NCBI GenBank assembly: GCA_051645545.1
Contig: JBOFBL010000555.1
Location: 1 to 55,504, forward strand
Source: Casimicrobium sp.
GTDB taxonomy: Bacteria > Pseudomonadota > Gammaproteobacteria > Burkholderiales > Casimicrobiaceae
Direction of reading: 5' to 3'
Length of the DNA stretch: 55,504 bases
Part shown: positions 1 to 10,512 of the stretch, piece by piece
Layout of the letters: each line of letters begins with the position of its first letter
Numbering within the stretch: the first letter of the stretch is position 1
Made by a program: the position numbers and the translations under genes
The notes under the pieces: model-generated
Told to the model about the DNA's origin: nothing
Databases searched by the model: none
The model's input: the letters and a program-made list of their open reading frames with translations, nothing else

Positions 1-42
1 GAGTAGTTCGACTTGCCCTGCTGAGTTTGTGAGTGGTTGTCA
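1..42 (+). repeat. Terminal direct repeat, left copy (circular overlap)
   Basis: 1-42 identical to 55463-55504. Confidence 0.97.
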
Positions 43-48
43 AAACAA

Positions 49-92
49 GGTTGACATGGTTGACGGTTGACGTTTTAGGTTGACAGGTTGAC
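49..92 (+). repeat. Five GGTTGAC direct repeats; candidate cosB-like TerS binding sites
   Basis: Exact copies at 49, 58, 65, 78, 86 just upstream of terS; function inferred from position. Confidence 0.6.
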
Positions 93-121
93 ACGTAGGG
101 GAGTTTTCGGGTTTTAGGACA

Positions 122-811
122 ATGATGAGTGATACCGAATCGGCTTCACGCAGCGTTGAGCGGCTTAATCAATCGCAGTACGCGCAGCGCATCGGTGTTT
201 CGCGGCAGCGAGTAAGCGATCTGGTGAAAGCCGGAAAGATTGCGAAAGACGAAAACGGAAAGATTGATCCGATCGCAGCGGACATTGCGCTAGCGCGAGT
301 CGCGGATCCTTCCAAAGCGGGTGTCATTGAGGCGAACAACCGCAAGTACGGCACGAATCGCAATCCGATGATCGCGGCTGAAATCGCAGCGCAGTCCGAA
401 TACGAGCAAAAAGTGCTTGCCGGTTTGCCGCCAGTTTATGAGCCGCCTACGCCGCCGAAAAAAAAGTCGTACCACGACGTTAAAACCGAGCGCGAGGAAA
501 CGCTTCACGAGATCAACAAGATCGAGCTCGCGGTCGCCGAAGCGAAATTCATTTCGCGCGAAGACGCTGCCCGACTCGCATTCGAAGCCGCACGTTCATG
601 GCGCGGCCAAATCACCAAAGTGCAAGTCACATTGCCCACGACGATCGAAGGCTTGATCCGTAAACACCTCGCCGACGTGGACGCCGATCGCGTGCGAAAG
701 CTGAAACACGAAATCGGTCTCGCCATCAACGACGCACACCGCACCGCGCTCGACGTGGTCGCCAGCGAGGTCGAAGCGCTAGGCGAAAGCCTCTCCGCCG
801 CGCAGTCGTAG
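122..811 (+). CDS. Terminase small subunit (Nu1-like)
   Basis: N-terminal HTH (LNQSQYAQRIGVSRQRVSDLVKAG), coiled-coil C-terminus, directly upstream of terL. Confidence 0.85.
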   Translation: MMSDTESASRSVERLNQSQYAQRIGVSRQRVSDLVKAGKIAKDENGKIDPIAADIALARVADPSKAGVIEANNRKYGTNRNPMIAAEIAAQSEYEQKVLAGLPPVYEPPTPPKKKSYHDVKTEREETLHEINKIELAVAEAKFISREDAARLAFEAARSWRGQITKVQVTLPTTIEGLIRKHLADVDADRVRKLKHEIGLAINDAHRTALDVVASEVEALGESLSAAQS

Positions 812-817
812 CCCGCC

Positions 818-2785
818 GTGATTGCCAATCTGATCGCTGACGCGAGGATGCCTGCTGCGTCACTCGTCGCAAAAAACTGGGCGCGCGGCCTTCGGATGCC
901 CGAAGAGATTGACGTCGACGATTGGGCCGACAAATATCGCGTGATTGCCGAAGGCGCATCGCCCGAGGCCGGTCGCTGGCAAACGCGCCGCATGCCGCAT
1001 CTGCACGGCGTGATGAAAGCGCTCTCGCGCAGCGACCCTTGCACCGATGTCACCTTCATGGGCGCGGCGCAAACGACGGGCAAGACCGATACAGGCATCA
1101 ACCTGATCGGAAAGACCGCGCACATTGATCCCGTGCCGATCTTGGTGGTGCTTCCTAACCACAAGCTGATCAAAAAGTATTCGAAGCGGCTCAACAAAAA
1201 CTTCGCAGCCACGCCAGTGCTGCGCGAATTGTTCAAGCCGCAAAGTCGCAAAGATAGCGACTCGATCGACCTCAAAGATTTTCCGGGTGGCCCGCTCTAT
1301 CTTTCGAGCGCCGAGTCCGCCACTGACCTGAAATCGATCACGGTCGGCATTGTTATCCAATCCGAGGTCGACGAGTATCCGCAAGACCTGGAAGGCCAAG
1401 GTGACCCGAGCGACCTGGCTGATGGTCGCAGCACCATGTACAAGGATCGCGCAAAGCGATTCAAAGAGTCCACGCCAACGATCGAATCGTTGTCGCGCAT
1501 CAACAAGCTATTTCTTGCTGGCGATCAATCGTATCGCTACGTTCCATGCCCGCACTGCGGTCACTACCAAAAGCTTGAGTGGAAAGGCTTGGTGTGGCCT
1601 GCTGACAAGCCGCAACTGGCTTACTACCAGTGCGAAGCGTGCTCTGGTCATATAGAGGAATATCACAAAGAAGAAATCTTCCGCGAGGGCGTCGCGCAAT
1701 GGCGGGCCACGTTTCCTGAGCGTAGCCACATTCACCGCAGCTTTCAGCTCTCGGCGCTTTACTCGCCGCCGGGGTTGGGCAAGAGCTTCGGCGATCTTGC
1801 GGAAGAGTTCATCAAGTGCAAAGACGACAAACGCAAACTCAAAGTCTTCGTCAATAATCGCCTCGCCGAATGCTGGGTCGATAACGAAGAAAAGGTCGAC
1901 TGGGAAAAGGTCAAAGCTCGCGCCGAGCCGCAGCCGCTTCGCGTCGTGCCGAAACGATGCCTGCTGATCACCGCAGGCGTTGACGTTCAAAAAAACCGCT
2001 TCGAAGTCGTCATTGTCGGATGGGATTGCAAACTCAGGCGAACGATCCTGGATCACGCCGTGCTGTACGCGCAACCTGCTAACCCTGCCGAATGGGGTGT
2101 GCTGCAAGCGTATTTGGATCGACCGCTCACCAGCGAGCTCGGGCCCGCGATGCGCATTGAAGGCGCAGTGATCGACGGCGGCTACTTGTTTGGCGAAGTG
2201 CTCAAGTTCACGCGCTTGTTTCGATCGTCTCGTTGGTATTGCGGTCGCGGTGCCACAACGCGTAATCGCCCGATCATCAGCAAAGCGAAAAAAACCGATA
2301 ACAAGTGGAACAACAAAACCGACAAGTACGGCGCTGAGTTCTACGACGTCGGTACCGACACGATCAAAGACTCAATTTACGGCTCGCTGCACGACGATGA
2401 AAAGCGCGACCTGCAAGATCGCCACTTTCGTTTCTCCGATCAACTCGAAGAAGAGTTCTACAAGCAGCTCTGCTCCGAAGTCTTCGACCCGCACAAACAA
2501 AAATACGAACGCTTACCCGGCATGAAAGCCGAAGTGCTCGACGGTGTGGTGTACGCCACCGCCGCCGCGTATCACACCAACATCCGTATCGATCGCATGA
2601 CCGACGCGGATTGGATTGCCCGAGAAAAACTACACGGCCTGGGTCAACAGCAAGCGCTGTTCGAACCGCAAGCCACTGCTGATTCCAACGAAGTTATCGC
2701 GCCGCATGAGCTGCTGCCAGCAGGTGCGACGCACCTTCTTGAAATGCTCGACCAACCCTATCAATCCAGCGAGGCTGATCTGTGA
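818..2785 (+). CDS. Terminase large subunit, lambda gpA family
   Basis: WADKYR, AQTTGKT Walker A, EVDEYP, ESTPT, VPCPHCG zinc motif, AGVDVQ, IDGG nuclease motifs. Confidence 0.95.
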   Translation: MIANLIADARMPAASLVAKNWARGLRMPEEIDVDDWADKYRVIAEGASPEAGRWQTRRMPHLHGVMKALSRSDPCTDVTFMGAAQTTGKTDTGINLIGKTAHIDPVPILVVLPNHKLIKKYSKRLNKNFAATPVLRELFKPQSRKDSDSIDLKDFPGGPLYLSSAESATDLKSITVGIVIQSEVDEYPQDLEGQGDPSDLADGRSTMYKDRAKRFKESTPTIESLSRINKLFLAGDQSYRYVPCPHCGHYQKLEWKGLVWPADKPQLAYYQCEACSGHIEEYHKEEIFREGVAQWRATFPERSHIHRSFQLSALYSPPGLGKSFGDLAEEFIKCKDDKRKLKVFVNNRLAECWVDNEEKVDWEKVKARAEPQPLRVVPKRCLLITAGVDVQKNRFEVVIVGWDCKLRRTILDHAVLYAQPANPAEWGVLQAYLDRPLTSELGPAMRIEGAVIDGGYLFGEVLKFTRLFRSSRWYCGRGATTRNRPIISKAKKTDNKWNNKTDKYGAEFYDVGTDTIKDSIYGSLHDDEKRDLQDRHFRFSDQLEEEFYKQLCSEVFDPHKQKYERLPGMKAEVLDGVVYATAAAYHTNIRIDRMTDADWIAREKLHGLGQQQALFEPQATADSNEVIAPHELLPAGATHLLEMLDQPYQSSEADL

Positions 2786-3057
2786 GTATTGATTGCGCAG
2801 CGCTACGTTTGCGCTATCAAACACTGGATCAGGCATATCTTGATTTGCTTTCTGGCAAGCGAGGCGTGCAAATTAAAAACGGCGACGACGAAATCACATA
2901 CGCACAAGTCAACCTAGCGCAGTTGCGTGATGCGCGCGACGCGATCGCCGCCGAGCTGCAAACGCGCTGCGGCGACGCGGTGATGGGCATGCAACCCACG
3001 CGTTTTGCTCAGCCCGTCATGAGCGATGGCCGCAGCAATAGCGAAGGTTGCTGCTGA
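2782..3057 (+). CDS. gpW-like head-tail joining protein
   Basis: Small protein between terL and portal with AY.DLLSGK...ITY...L..L pattern. Confidence 0.8.
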   Translation: MSIDCAALRLRYQTLDQAYLDLLSGKRGVQIKNGDDEITYAQVNLAQLRDARDAIAAELQTRCGDAVMGMQPTRFAQPVMSDGRSNSEGCC

Positions 3058-4706
3058 TGAGTGCACAATTCAATGTGCGCGCGGCTAACGCTTGGGGTTC
3101 AGGGCTTCGCTTGGTTGCGCCGATTTCTCAGGGACCCGGCGCCGAAGCGCCGATGCCAACAGTGGGTGCGCTCGCGCACCGCGCAGCAGGCTACAACGAA
3201 AAAACGCTGGCTGATTTTCATCCCGCGCTGCAATCGGCAGACTCCGAAATTCTGTCCGAGCGCGAACCGATTACCGCGCGTGCGCGCGACATCGTTCGCA
3301 ACAATGGCTATGCGGCAGGCTGGCTGCAAACAACAACCGACGGTGTCATTGGTCCGCGTGGCTTGCGGCTCGCGGCCAAACCTGATTGGCGCACGCTCGG
3401 CAAAACCGAAGAATGGGCGGATGAATACGCCCGTCGCTGCGAAGTCGGTTTTCGCTCATGGGCAGAGAGCAAAGCGGATTGCGATATTGCCGGGCTGTCC
3501 GATTTCGCCGATCACACCACGATCGCATTCAAGGGCTGCGGCGTCAACGGTGACAGCTTCGCGTTGCCGCTGTGGAAATCCGACGCGCGCACGCAATGGA
3601 AGCTGCGCATTCAAGGCATTGAATCCGATCGCGTTGTCAATCCCGATCACCGGCCCGACGGCGCTGAGTGGCGCGGCGGCATCAAGATCGGAAAGTATGG
3701 CGAACACTTAGCGTACGGCATCGCAAAGGTTCATCCGGGCGACGACTTTGCGTACAACGGGTACCAAAAATCCGAAGTCGTTGAAGTGCCTGCGTTCACC
3801 TCCTGGGGGCGTCGTCGCGTCATTCAAATGATTCGCCGTTCGCGCTATGGCCAAGCGCGCGGCGTGAGCCTGCTCACCACGATTATCCCGCAGCTCAAGC
3901 AAGCCGAGACGTATCTTGACTACGCGATGAAGAGTCACATGCTCAACACGCTAGTCGCCATGATTATCAAGACGCCACATGAAGACATCATGCACGCGTT
4001 GGGTGGTGGCGAAAAAGCGTTTGACATTCTCAACAAACGCAAGCTGCCGGTGCTCAAAGGTGGTGGTCAAGTCCTGCGGTTGAATGTTGGCGAAGAAATT
4101 TCGCCGTTCAGTCCGCGCCAGGTCGAATCGAACATTGATCAGTTCCTGACGCCGTTCTACAAAGAGTGGCAAGCGTGCACCGGTCTTTCGCACGAACTGT
4201 TCACCAAAGACTTTTCCAAATCAAGCTACGTCGGCATTCGCGCTGGCTTGATGGAAGCGCATCGTCATTTCACTTCGGATCGCTACTGGGTAGCAACCGA
4301 TTGGTGTCAGCTTTGGTACGAGCTGTGGCACGAAGAGGCCGTTGACATTGGCTATCTGGATGCCCCCGATTTTTACGCCCAAAAACAGGCGTATTGCAAA
4401 GCCGAATGGATCGGCGCTGCACAAGGCTACACCGATCGCGTCAAAGAAGTCACCGCAAGCGCGCTCGCGCTCGAAAACAACTTAACCACCCACGAAATTG
4501 AGCTCGGCATTCAAGGGCTCGACTATCGCGAAGTGTTCGAACAAAAGGCGCGCGAAGAAAAGCTCATGCGTTCGCTCGGTCTGACGATGCCAGCCAAAAC
4601 CGCGACGGCTGCGGCCGCTTCTGCGCCGCAAAAAAACGACGACGAAGACAGCAATAAGTCACCGTCGGATCCCGCGACCGATAAAGAATCGACGGAAGAA
4701 AAATAG
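3057..4706 (+). CDS. Portal protein, lambda family
   Basis: ARARDIVRNNGYA, GQARGVS, DFSKSSY motifs; ATG overlaps gpW stop. Confidence 0.93.
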   Translation: MSAQFNVRAANAWGSGLRLVAPISQGPGAEAPMPTVGALAHRAAGYNEKTLADFHPALQSADSEILSEREPITARARDIVRNNGYAAGWLQTTTDGVIGPRGLRLAAKPDWRTLGKTEEWADEYARRCEVGFRSWAESKADCDIAGLSDFADHTTIAFKGCGVNGDSFALPLWKSDARTQWKLRIQGIESDRVVNPDHRPDGAEWRGGIKIGKYGEHLAYGIAKVHPGDDFAYNGYQKSEVVEVPAFTSWGRRRVIQMIRRSRYGQARGVSLLTTIIPQLKQAETYLDYAMKSHMLNTLVAMIIKTPHEDIMHALGGGEKAFDILNKRKLPVLKGGGQVLRLNVGEEISPFSPRQVESNIDQFLTPFYKEWQACTGLSHELFTKDFSKSSYVGIRAGLMEAHRHFTSDRYWVATDWCQLWYELWHEEAVDIGYLDAPDFYAQKQAYCKAEWIGAAQGYTDRVKEVTASALALENNLTTHEIELGIQGLDYREVFEQKAREEKLMRSLGLTMPAKTATAAAASAPQKNDDEDSNKSPSDPATDKESTEEK

Positions 4707-4708
4707 CC

Positions 4709-6034
4709 ATGCACTATGCGCGCATCGCATCTCGTTTGTACAACGCGCCGCTGCTCATCACGCCCGACGTCGCAAGCACCATTGGCGACTACGTGCAAGC
4801 GCGCATTGCAGGCTCAATAAGTCCTGACGCCGCGCTTAGTCGAACCGATCAATACGCCGACTACGCAATTGCTGCGAAGCGTCCGCCCTACCTCGTAGAT
4901 CAAGGCGTCGCCGTCATTGAAATCAACGGAGAGCTTGTCAACCGTGGCGCTTGGATTGGTGCCAATTCCGGGTTGACCAGTTACGAAGGCATCGTCTCGC
5001 AACTAAAAATCGCGAAAGCCGACGACGAAGTGCGGGGCGTCATGCTGGTGATTAACTCCCCAGGTGGCGAGGCGGCTGGTTTGGATGATGTCACGGCGGC
5101 AATGAAAGCGGTGGGCAAGCCGGTTTGGGCAATCGCTAACACGCTCACGGCCAGCGCCGCGTATTGGATCGCGGCGGCTTCTGATCGTGTCGCCTCGGTG
5201 CGCGATGGCTTTGTGGGCTCGATCGGTGTGGTGTGGATGCACTTAGATCGCAGCGCCGCGCTGGAAAAAGCGGGCTTGTCGGTCACAGTGGTTCAGGCGG
5301 GGTCAAAGAAAACGCAGTTCAGCCAGTTCTCATCGCTTGCGCCCGAAGCGCGCGCAAAAGCGGAGGCGCTGGTCTCCGATATGTACGGTCGCTTTACTGA
5401 TCATGTTGCGACAGCGCGATCAATTGATGTGCAAGCCGTGCGCGACACCGAGGCGGAAGTCTTCACCGCCGCCGACGCCAAAAAACACAAGCTCATCGAC
5501 GTTGTTTCCAACGTCTCCGATTTTCACGCAAGCATGGTCGCGGCCGTGCGCAAAGGAACCGCGTCGCGCACTTCGCCTGCCGCGAACAAATCGTCAACCT
5601 CAACAGGAATGAAAACCATGACTGACTTTACCCATACGCAGGCCGACGTCGACGCGGCCAAAGCGCAAGCCAAACAAGAAGGCATTGCCGAGGGCGTGCA
5701 AACCGGCATTGCGCAAGAGCGCGCGCGTGTCGGCGCAATTCTCGGCTGCGACGAAGCGAAGGGCCGACAAGCGCAAGCGCAGTATGTCGCGCTGAAAACC
5801 GCGATGTCGCCCGAAGACGCAAAGGGCTTGCTCGCGGCGTCGCCAGCAGAAGCGGTAACTACTGCGGCGGCCAGCGTCCCCAAGGGGTTGCTCGCCGACG
5901 CCATGAGCGCGAAAACCAACGCGAACCCCGAAGTGGGCGGCAGCGTCGATCAAGACGTCGCCGTTTCTGCGCTCGAAAAAGCCAAGAACGATCTTGCTGC
6001 GGCCGAGCAAAACGGCGGCAAGGTCACCATCTAG
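4709..6034 (+). CDS. S49 family prohead protease with C-terminal scaffold region (gpC/Nu3-like)
   Basis: INSPGG, ASAAYWIA, GSIGV motifs; internal MKTMT could start a nested scaffold. Confidence 0.92.
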   Translation: MHYARIASRLYNAPLLITPDVASTIGDYVQARIAGSISPDAALSRTDQYADYAIAAKRPPYLVDQGVAVIEINGELVNRGAWIGANSGLTSYEGIVSQLKIAKADDEVRGVMLVINSPGGEAAGLDDVTAAMKAVGKPVWAIANTLTASAAYWIAAASDRVASVRDGFVGSIGVVWMHLDRSAALEKAGLSVTVVQAGSKKTQFSQFSSLAPEARAKAEALVSDMYGRFTDHVATARSIDVQAVRDTEAEVFTAADAKKHKLIDVVSNVSDFHASMVAAVRKGTASRTSPAANKSSTSTGMKTMTDFTHTQADVDAAKAQAKQEGIAEGVQTGIAQERARVGAILGCDEAKGRQAQAQYVALKTAMSPEDAKGLLAASPAEAVTTAAASVPKGLLADAMSAKTNANPEVGGSVDQDVAVSALEKAKNDLAAAEQNGGKVTI

Positions 6035-6079
6035 CGCCCTTCAATCCAGTTCGATTCACGTCATTTTTAGGAGATTGTT

Positions 6080-6481
6080 ATGTCTGATCCGAAATACGCG
6101 TCAGGTCGTTCGTACTTGACTGAGGGCGAAAACTGCCTGATTACTCGCAACTCGCACGACATGGTGACCCGCAAGGGCGCGGTTGCAGCGAATACCGTAT
6201 GGAAAGAGGGCCAGCCCGTCAATATTACGGCAGCGGGTGTGGTCACCGCGCTAGTTGGAGCTGCCTGGACGGTTGCCGATCGCCTCGCGCTTGCGTTCAC
6301 CGATGTGGACACCACGGGCGCGCCTGGCACGACTGAGTTCGTGTTCCTGACTCAAGGCCCGTTCGTTTCCGAACGCGTGATCGCGCGCGCGCTGAACGTC
6401 GCCACACCGCTGCCGGCGGCGCTTGTCACCGCCATTGGTGCTGCGGGCTTGATTCTCGACACCCAAACCATCGCTCAGTAA
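6080..6481 (+). CDS. Head decoration protein (gpD-like)
   Basis: Size and position between protease and capsid; AGGAG RBS. Confidence 0.7.
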   Translation: MSDPKYASGRSYLTEGENCLITRNSHDMVTRKGAVAANTVWKEGQPVNITAAGVVTALVGAAWTVADRLALAFTDVDTTGAPGTTEFVFLTQGPFVSERVIARALNVATPLPAALVTAIGAAGLILDTQTIAQ

Positions 6482-6529
6482 TCGCTGCCTGAGTTTCGTT
6501 CTCTCTGTTCTCAATAAAGGATTCTGATC

Positions 6530-7573
6530 ATGGCTTTAACTGCCGCAGACATCGCGATCACGCGCGACTACCAGGGCGTTGTCGATGAGCTCATCGACAA
6601 CAACAGCATGTTTTTTACAAACCTCTGCTATCCAACGATCATCACGTCAGAAAAAGACTTGATTACGTTCGACGTCGAGGTTGGCTCGAAGCGACTCACC
6701 CCGTTTGCAGATCCGTGTACGGTCGCGCCGCTGGTCGAGCGTAAAGGCTTCAAAACGTATGAGTTTTCGCCGGCCTACGTCATGGATCGCCGCAAAATTT
6801 GCTGCCGCACGGGTCAAACGCGCGTCAAAGGCGAGCCCATCGGCGACGATTGGGATATGGGTCGCCGTCGCAAAGAAGTGTTGCGACAAGACGCCGAAGA
6901 TCAGCTCGAAATGCTGGATCGCCGCATCGAAGTGATGGCGGCCGAGTCTTTAATTACGGGTAAGGTTGTGGTGGCTGGTCCAAACTATCCCTCGCGCACG
7001 GTGGACTTTGATCGCGACCCGTTGAATACGCAAGTGCTTGCGGGCGCTGCTCGATGGAACCAAGCGGGCGTCAAAGGATTAACCGATTTGCGCACTTGGG
7101 CGCTTGCTAATCAAAATCGTCGCGGCGGTTATTCTCGCACCGTGATCATGGAGCCATCGCTCCTTGAGTTTTTCTACGAAATGCCCGATGTGCAAAAGCG
7201 TCTTGATCGATTCCGCGGTGTTGATACGCTGGATCCAACGGGTAAATCGCGCGGCGACTCAGATCGTGCTGTGTACCACGGCGCTATCGATGGCTTCGAC
7301 ATTTGGACGTATCAGGACGACTACGTCAATGATGCCGGCGTGGTTACCAACGTCATGCCGACCGGTCAGCTTCTTTTTGGCAATCCAAAGCTCCTGATGG
7401 GTAAGCGCTATTTCGGCCGCATCGTGGACGAAGAAGTTAATTACAAGGCGCGTCCTTACGCCGTGAAATCGTGGCTCGAAACGCATCCGTCCGCGCGTTT
7501 TGGTTTGCTTCAATCCGCCCCGCTTGTGGTGCCAAAGCGTCCTAACGCGTTTCAATCGATCAAGGCGTACTAA
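6530..7573 (+). CDS. Major capsid protein, lambda gpE family
   Basis: ITFDV, RLTPF, FSPAYV, RRIEVMAA, QSAPLVVP..PNA motifs. Confidence 0.93.
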   Translation: MALTAADIAITRDYQGVVDELIDNNSMFFTNLCYPTIITSEKDLITFDVEVGSKRLTPFADPCTVAPLVERKGFKTYEFSPAYVMDRRKICCRTGQTRVKGEPIGDDWDMGRRRKEVLRQDAEDQLEMLDRRIEVMAAESLITGKVVVAGPNYPSRTVDFDRDPLNTQVLAGAARWNQAGVKGLTDLRTWALANQNRRGGYSRTVIMEPSLLEFFYEMPDVQKRLDRFRGVDTLDPTGKSRGDSDRAVYHGAIDGFDIWTYQDDYVNDAGVVTNVMPTGQLLFGNPKLLMGKRYFGRIVDEEVNYKARPYAVKSWLETHPSARFGLLQSAPLVVPKRPNAFQSIKAY

Positions 7574-7609
7574 ACCCTTCCGGCGCGAACGATCGCGCCG
7601 ATTCGCTTC

Positions 7610-7637
7610 AACGCTCCGCATGCGGGGCGTTTTTTTT
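7610..7637 (+). terminator. Intrinsic terminator after capsid gene
   Basis: AACGCTCCG-catg-CGGGGCGTT hairpin plus T-run. Confidence 0.8.
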
Positions 7638-7650
7638 CAAAGGAAATGTC

Positions 7651-7893
7651 ATGGCAAACGTATTGGTCGCCAAAGTAACGATTGGGCTTGGCAAAAACCG
7701 CCGGATCGAAACAGGCAAACAGGTCGCAGAGGCCGATGTCAAACTGCTGGGCGACGATCTTCAACGCCTCATTGAGGAAGGCCACATTATCGAAGTCGAT
7801 GTTGCGCAGTTCGCGGTCGCGAAAGCGGCGGTGGAACAAGCAAACGACGGCAAAAAAGACGAGAGTAAAAAAGACGAAGGCGGCGCGGCGTAA
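7651..7893 (+). CDS. Small head-associated protein (gpFI position)
   Basis: AAGGA RBS, position after capsid, charged tail. Confidence 0.65.
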   Translation: MANVLVAKVTIGLGKNRRIETGKQVAEADVKLLGDDLQRLIEEGHIIEVDVAQFAVAKAAVEQANDGKKDESKKDEGGAA

Positions 7894-7905
7894 CCGCACC
7901 ACCCC

Positions 7906-8637
7906 ATGTGGTCCCCCGACCCCTTCGAGCTCGCTTTCGTCGAGGCGGGCATGTGGCAACCGGTCACAGCCACGATTGCGTTTGGTGGTACTCGCGTTGT
8001 GCCGGGTCACATGCGCGTGCGTGCAATTGATCGGCTGTTCGGCGAAGATTTTAAGGTGCAGGCCACGGATTACGATGGCCGGTTCGCCACCGCGCGGTTC
8101 GAAGGCTTAAACGTCGACGACACCATTGATCACGGCGGCATTGAGTACAAAGTGCTCACCCCGCCGATGCTGCTGCGTCGCGGCACGCATTCCGAATGCC
8201 GATTGAAGCGCCTCAATCGCGTTTATCCAAAACAAGCCATCAACACTGGCGGCGCAAACGTGATGCATGATATGTCGGCAAACAGCTATATCTCGCGCAT
8301 TGCCGCGCAACCGTTGAATGCGTTCGCCATCGTGCGATCGGTCAATGACACATTGATTGACTACGCAAGCGCGGACAACGCTTCGCATGCGTCCTCTGTG
8401 CTCGGTTTTCTCACTGGTGCGCTGGGTGCGGGAGAAAAAGGCTTCGTTCAAAACAAAGGCGAGCTCGAAAACTTCGCCTGGAACTGGGTGCCCAATCAGC
8501 CGATTTGGTTGGGTGTGGGTAACGGTCTTGTCACGCAGGGAAACATCCTCGCGCCGGCGGTCTTCGTGCAGCGTGTGGCGTTTGCAATATCGCCCACCAA
8601 AATCTTCATCGAAATTGAAGAATCGGTCAACTTCTAG
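7906..8637 (+). CDS. gpFII-like head-closure domain fused to a C-terminal fibre/cement-like domain
   Basis: First ~105 aa fit FII (GLNVDDTIDHGGIEYKV...ECRL); remainder resembles the small beta-domain of phage fibre proteins. Confidence 0.6.
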   Translation: MWSPDPFELAFVEAGMWQPVTATIAFGGTRVVPGHMRVRAIDRLFGEDFKVQATDYDGRFATARFEGLNVDDTIDHGGIEYKVLTPPMLLRRGTHSECRLKRLNRVYPKQAINTGGANVMHDMSANSYISRIAAQPLNAFAIVRSVNDTLIDYASADNASHASSVLGFLTGALGAGEKGFVQNKGELENFAWNWVPNQPIWLGVGNGLVTQGNILAPAVFVQRVAFAISPTKIFIEIEESVNF

Positions 8638-8655
8638 CGTATCGCCGCGCGCATC

Positions 8656-9945
8656 ATGATCAAAATCCGATCGTTCATCACCGGCGCGCTAAACGGCATC
8701 AAAGAGCGCTGGCTCGATGCGATTTCGCAATCGACAGGACCAAACGATAGCGGCAAGGCCGTGCTCACGGATGCCGACGGCAAGATTCACGACTCGTTGT
8801 TGCGACCCAATGCTGGCGGGGCTGATCCTGCAAGTTTAATATCGGCGCAAAGCCCGAATTTTTTGCGTTTATCAACCGGTCTTGGCAGCGATGGGAAACT
8901 TGTAGTTGGTCGCAGTGCCCTCGCCGAAAATGCGGTTGAAATTGATGTAGACGGTAACTTGCATGTGCCGCGTTTTCCTCGTCAGAAGGCGCACATCACG
9001 CTCCACGTCGCGCCCGCACCGATCGGCCAGGCAGGCGCACCGGGAACGCAGGCGCAACCAACGCTTGCAGTGGTCGCCGCGCAACGCCTCAGTGAGCTGC
9101 GTAACTACGGTTACACCGCTGCGATTCAGTTCGCTGACGGCGTTTATCAAGAGTCCGAATTTGATTTAGCGCCGAATTTGACAAGCGGTGCTGAGGTTAA
9201 TACCGGGTACCCGATTTTCATCCTAGCGCCTGAACGATCGGCTTACGGTTTTCAGTCTGCATCTATTCAGTTGCTTGGCAATTCGAGCAATCCGTCAGCT
9301 GTTGTTTTGCGAACCAATTTTGCGAATCAAGGCCCCTCGGTGTTGGTCGAGAATATGACAGTGCTCGGCAATGTGTACGCGTCGCGAAATGGCTACGCTT
9401 ACTTTCGTAACTCTCGTCTGTCCGAGGTTGAGTGTGAAGACGGCTACATACTGCTAGAAAACACAAAGCTTATTGGTGGGGCCGTGTCCGGTGCAACCGG
9501 CGTCGCCGTGCGCGTCAAAGAAAAGGGGCATGTCGAATTGTTCTCCGGTTCGGGGCCTGAATCGGGCACGAGCTGGGCGAATGTCTTGCAAATAGACCCT
9601 GACGGGCGGCTAATTCTCGGTGCGTCGTACGCAGGGTCGGGCCCTGCGACTGGAACCAAAGTTCGATGGGCGCCTGGCGGTGTGCTCGAAACGACATTGA
9701 CCGAAGCGCAGTTGCCGGGCGATCAACCGGCGATCTATGGCATGTCGGCCGCAGGCATTAAACGTGTCGCATCGTTTTTTTCTGTGAACGGAAAGACGCC
9801 GAATTTTGACGGCTTGGTGACGCTCACCCCGAGCGACATCGGTGTGGATGCGTCAATGTTTAGCGCCGATGCAGGAAACCTAGCAACGCTCGGCAGCGAT
9901 AACAAAATTTATGCCGCTCAACAATTCAGCTCAAACAATTGGTAG
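8656..9945 (+). CDS. Putative virion fibre protein
   Basis: Repeated S..AxN....GxDG.L motifs, SVNGKT motif, beta-rich middle. Confidence 0.55.
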   Translation: MIKIRSFITGALNGIKERWLDAISQSTGPNDSGKAVLTDADGKIHDSLLRPNAGGADPASLISAQSPNFLRLSTGLGSDGKLVVGRSALAENAVEIDVDGNLHVPRFPRQKAHITLHVAPAPIGQAGAPGTQAQPTLAVVAAQRLSELRNYGYTAAIQFADGVYQESEFDLAPNLTSGAEVNTGYPIFILAPERSAYGFQSASIQLLGNSSNPSAVVLRTNFANQGPSVLVENMTVLGNVYASRNGYAYFRNSRLSEVECEDGYILLENTKLIGGAVSGATGVAVRVKEKGHVELFSGSGPESGTSWANVLQIDPDGRLILGASYAGSGPATGTKVRWAPGGVLETTLTEAQLPGDQPAIYGMSAAGIKRVASFFSVNGKTPNFDGLVTLTPSDIGVDASMFSADAGNLATLGSDNKIYAAQQFSSNNW

Positions 9946-9951
9946 GTAATC

Positions 9952-10509
9952 ATGGCTGTCATGCGAATTTTTAAAGAGACTGCGCTGCCTGGAAGTCTTG
10001 TGGCGAATGCCGTGTATCTTGTGACCGCGTCGAATGCGGATTATGTCGAGATGTATGTCACCAGCAACACGGGGGTGGCACGACGCATCATCGACGAGTC
10101 CGACATTCAGACGATGATTACTGCAGCGGTGGCAGGTATCGCTGAGGTTCGTGTTGTTGCCGACATTGCTGCAAGAAACGCGCTTGCGCTCACCGCGAAT
10201 GCGCAGGTGCTAGTGCTTAACGCTACCGGCGATGCAACGGTTGCCTCTGGTGCCGCTACTTACGTTTGGAACAACGCGACAACCACGTGGACAAAGATCA
10301 GCGAAGCTGAGTCGATGGATTTGGCAGTGGCATGGACTTCTATTACTGGGCGCCCTTCAAGCTCCCCTGCAGCGATTGATTTAGCGGTGACGAATTCGCA
10401 CACGCACGCGAACCTAACGCAGCTCAATCTGATTGGCCAAGACGCCGGGGGTGATTTAACTTACAACGGGCAAAACGTCCGCGCGCGTCTTGAAACGGCA
10501 GGTTGGTAG
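9952..10509 (+). CDS. Putative virion fibre-associated protein
   Basis: VVADIAARNAL, ATGDATV..GAATY, W.SI.GRPSS, HTHAN motifs typical of phage fibre proteins. Confidence 0.6.
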   Translation: MAVMRIFKETALPGSLVANAVYLVTASNADYVEMYVTSNTGVARRIIDESDIQTMITAAVAGIAEVRVVADIAARNALALTANAQVLVLNATGDATVASGAATYVWNNATTTWTKISEAESMDLAVAWTSITGRPSSSPAAIDLAVTNSHTHANLTQLNLIGQDAGGDLTYNGQNVRARLETAGW

Positions 10510-10512
10510 GCC

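Noticed and set aside
1-42. Biological T7-like direct terminal repeat
   Set aside because: gpA-type terminase and cos-like layout point to cohesive ends; more likely assembly overlap
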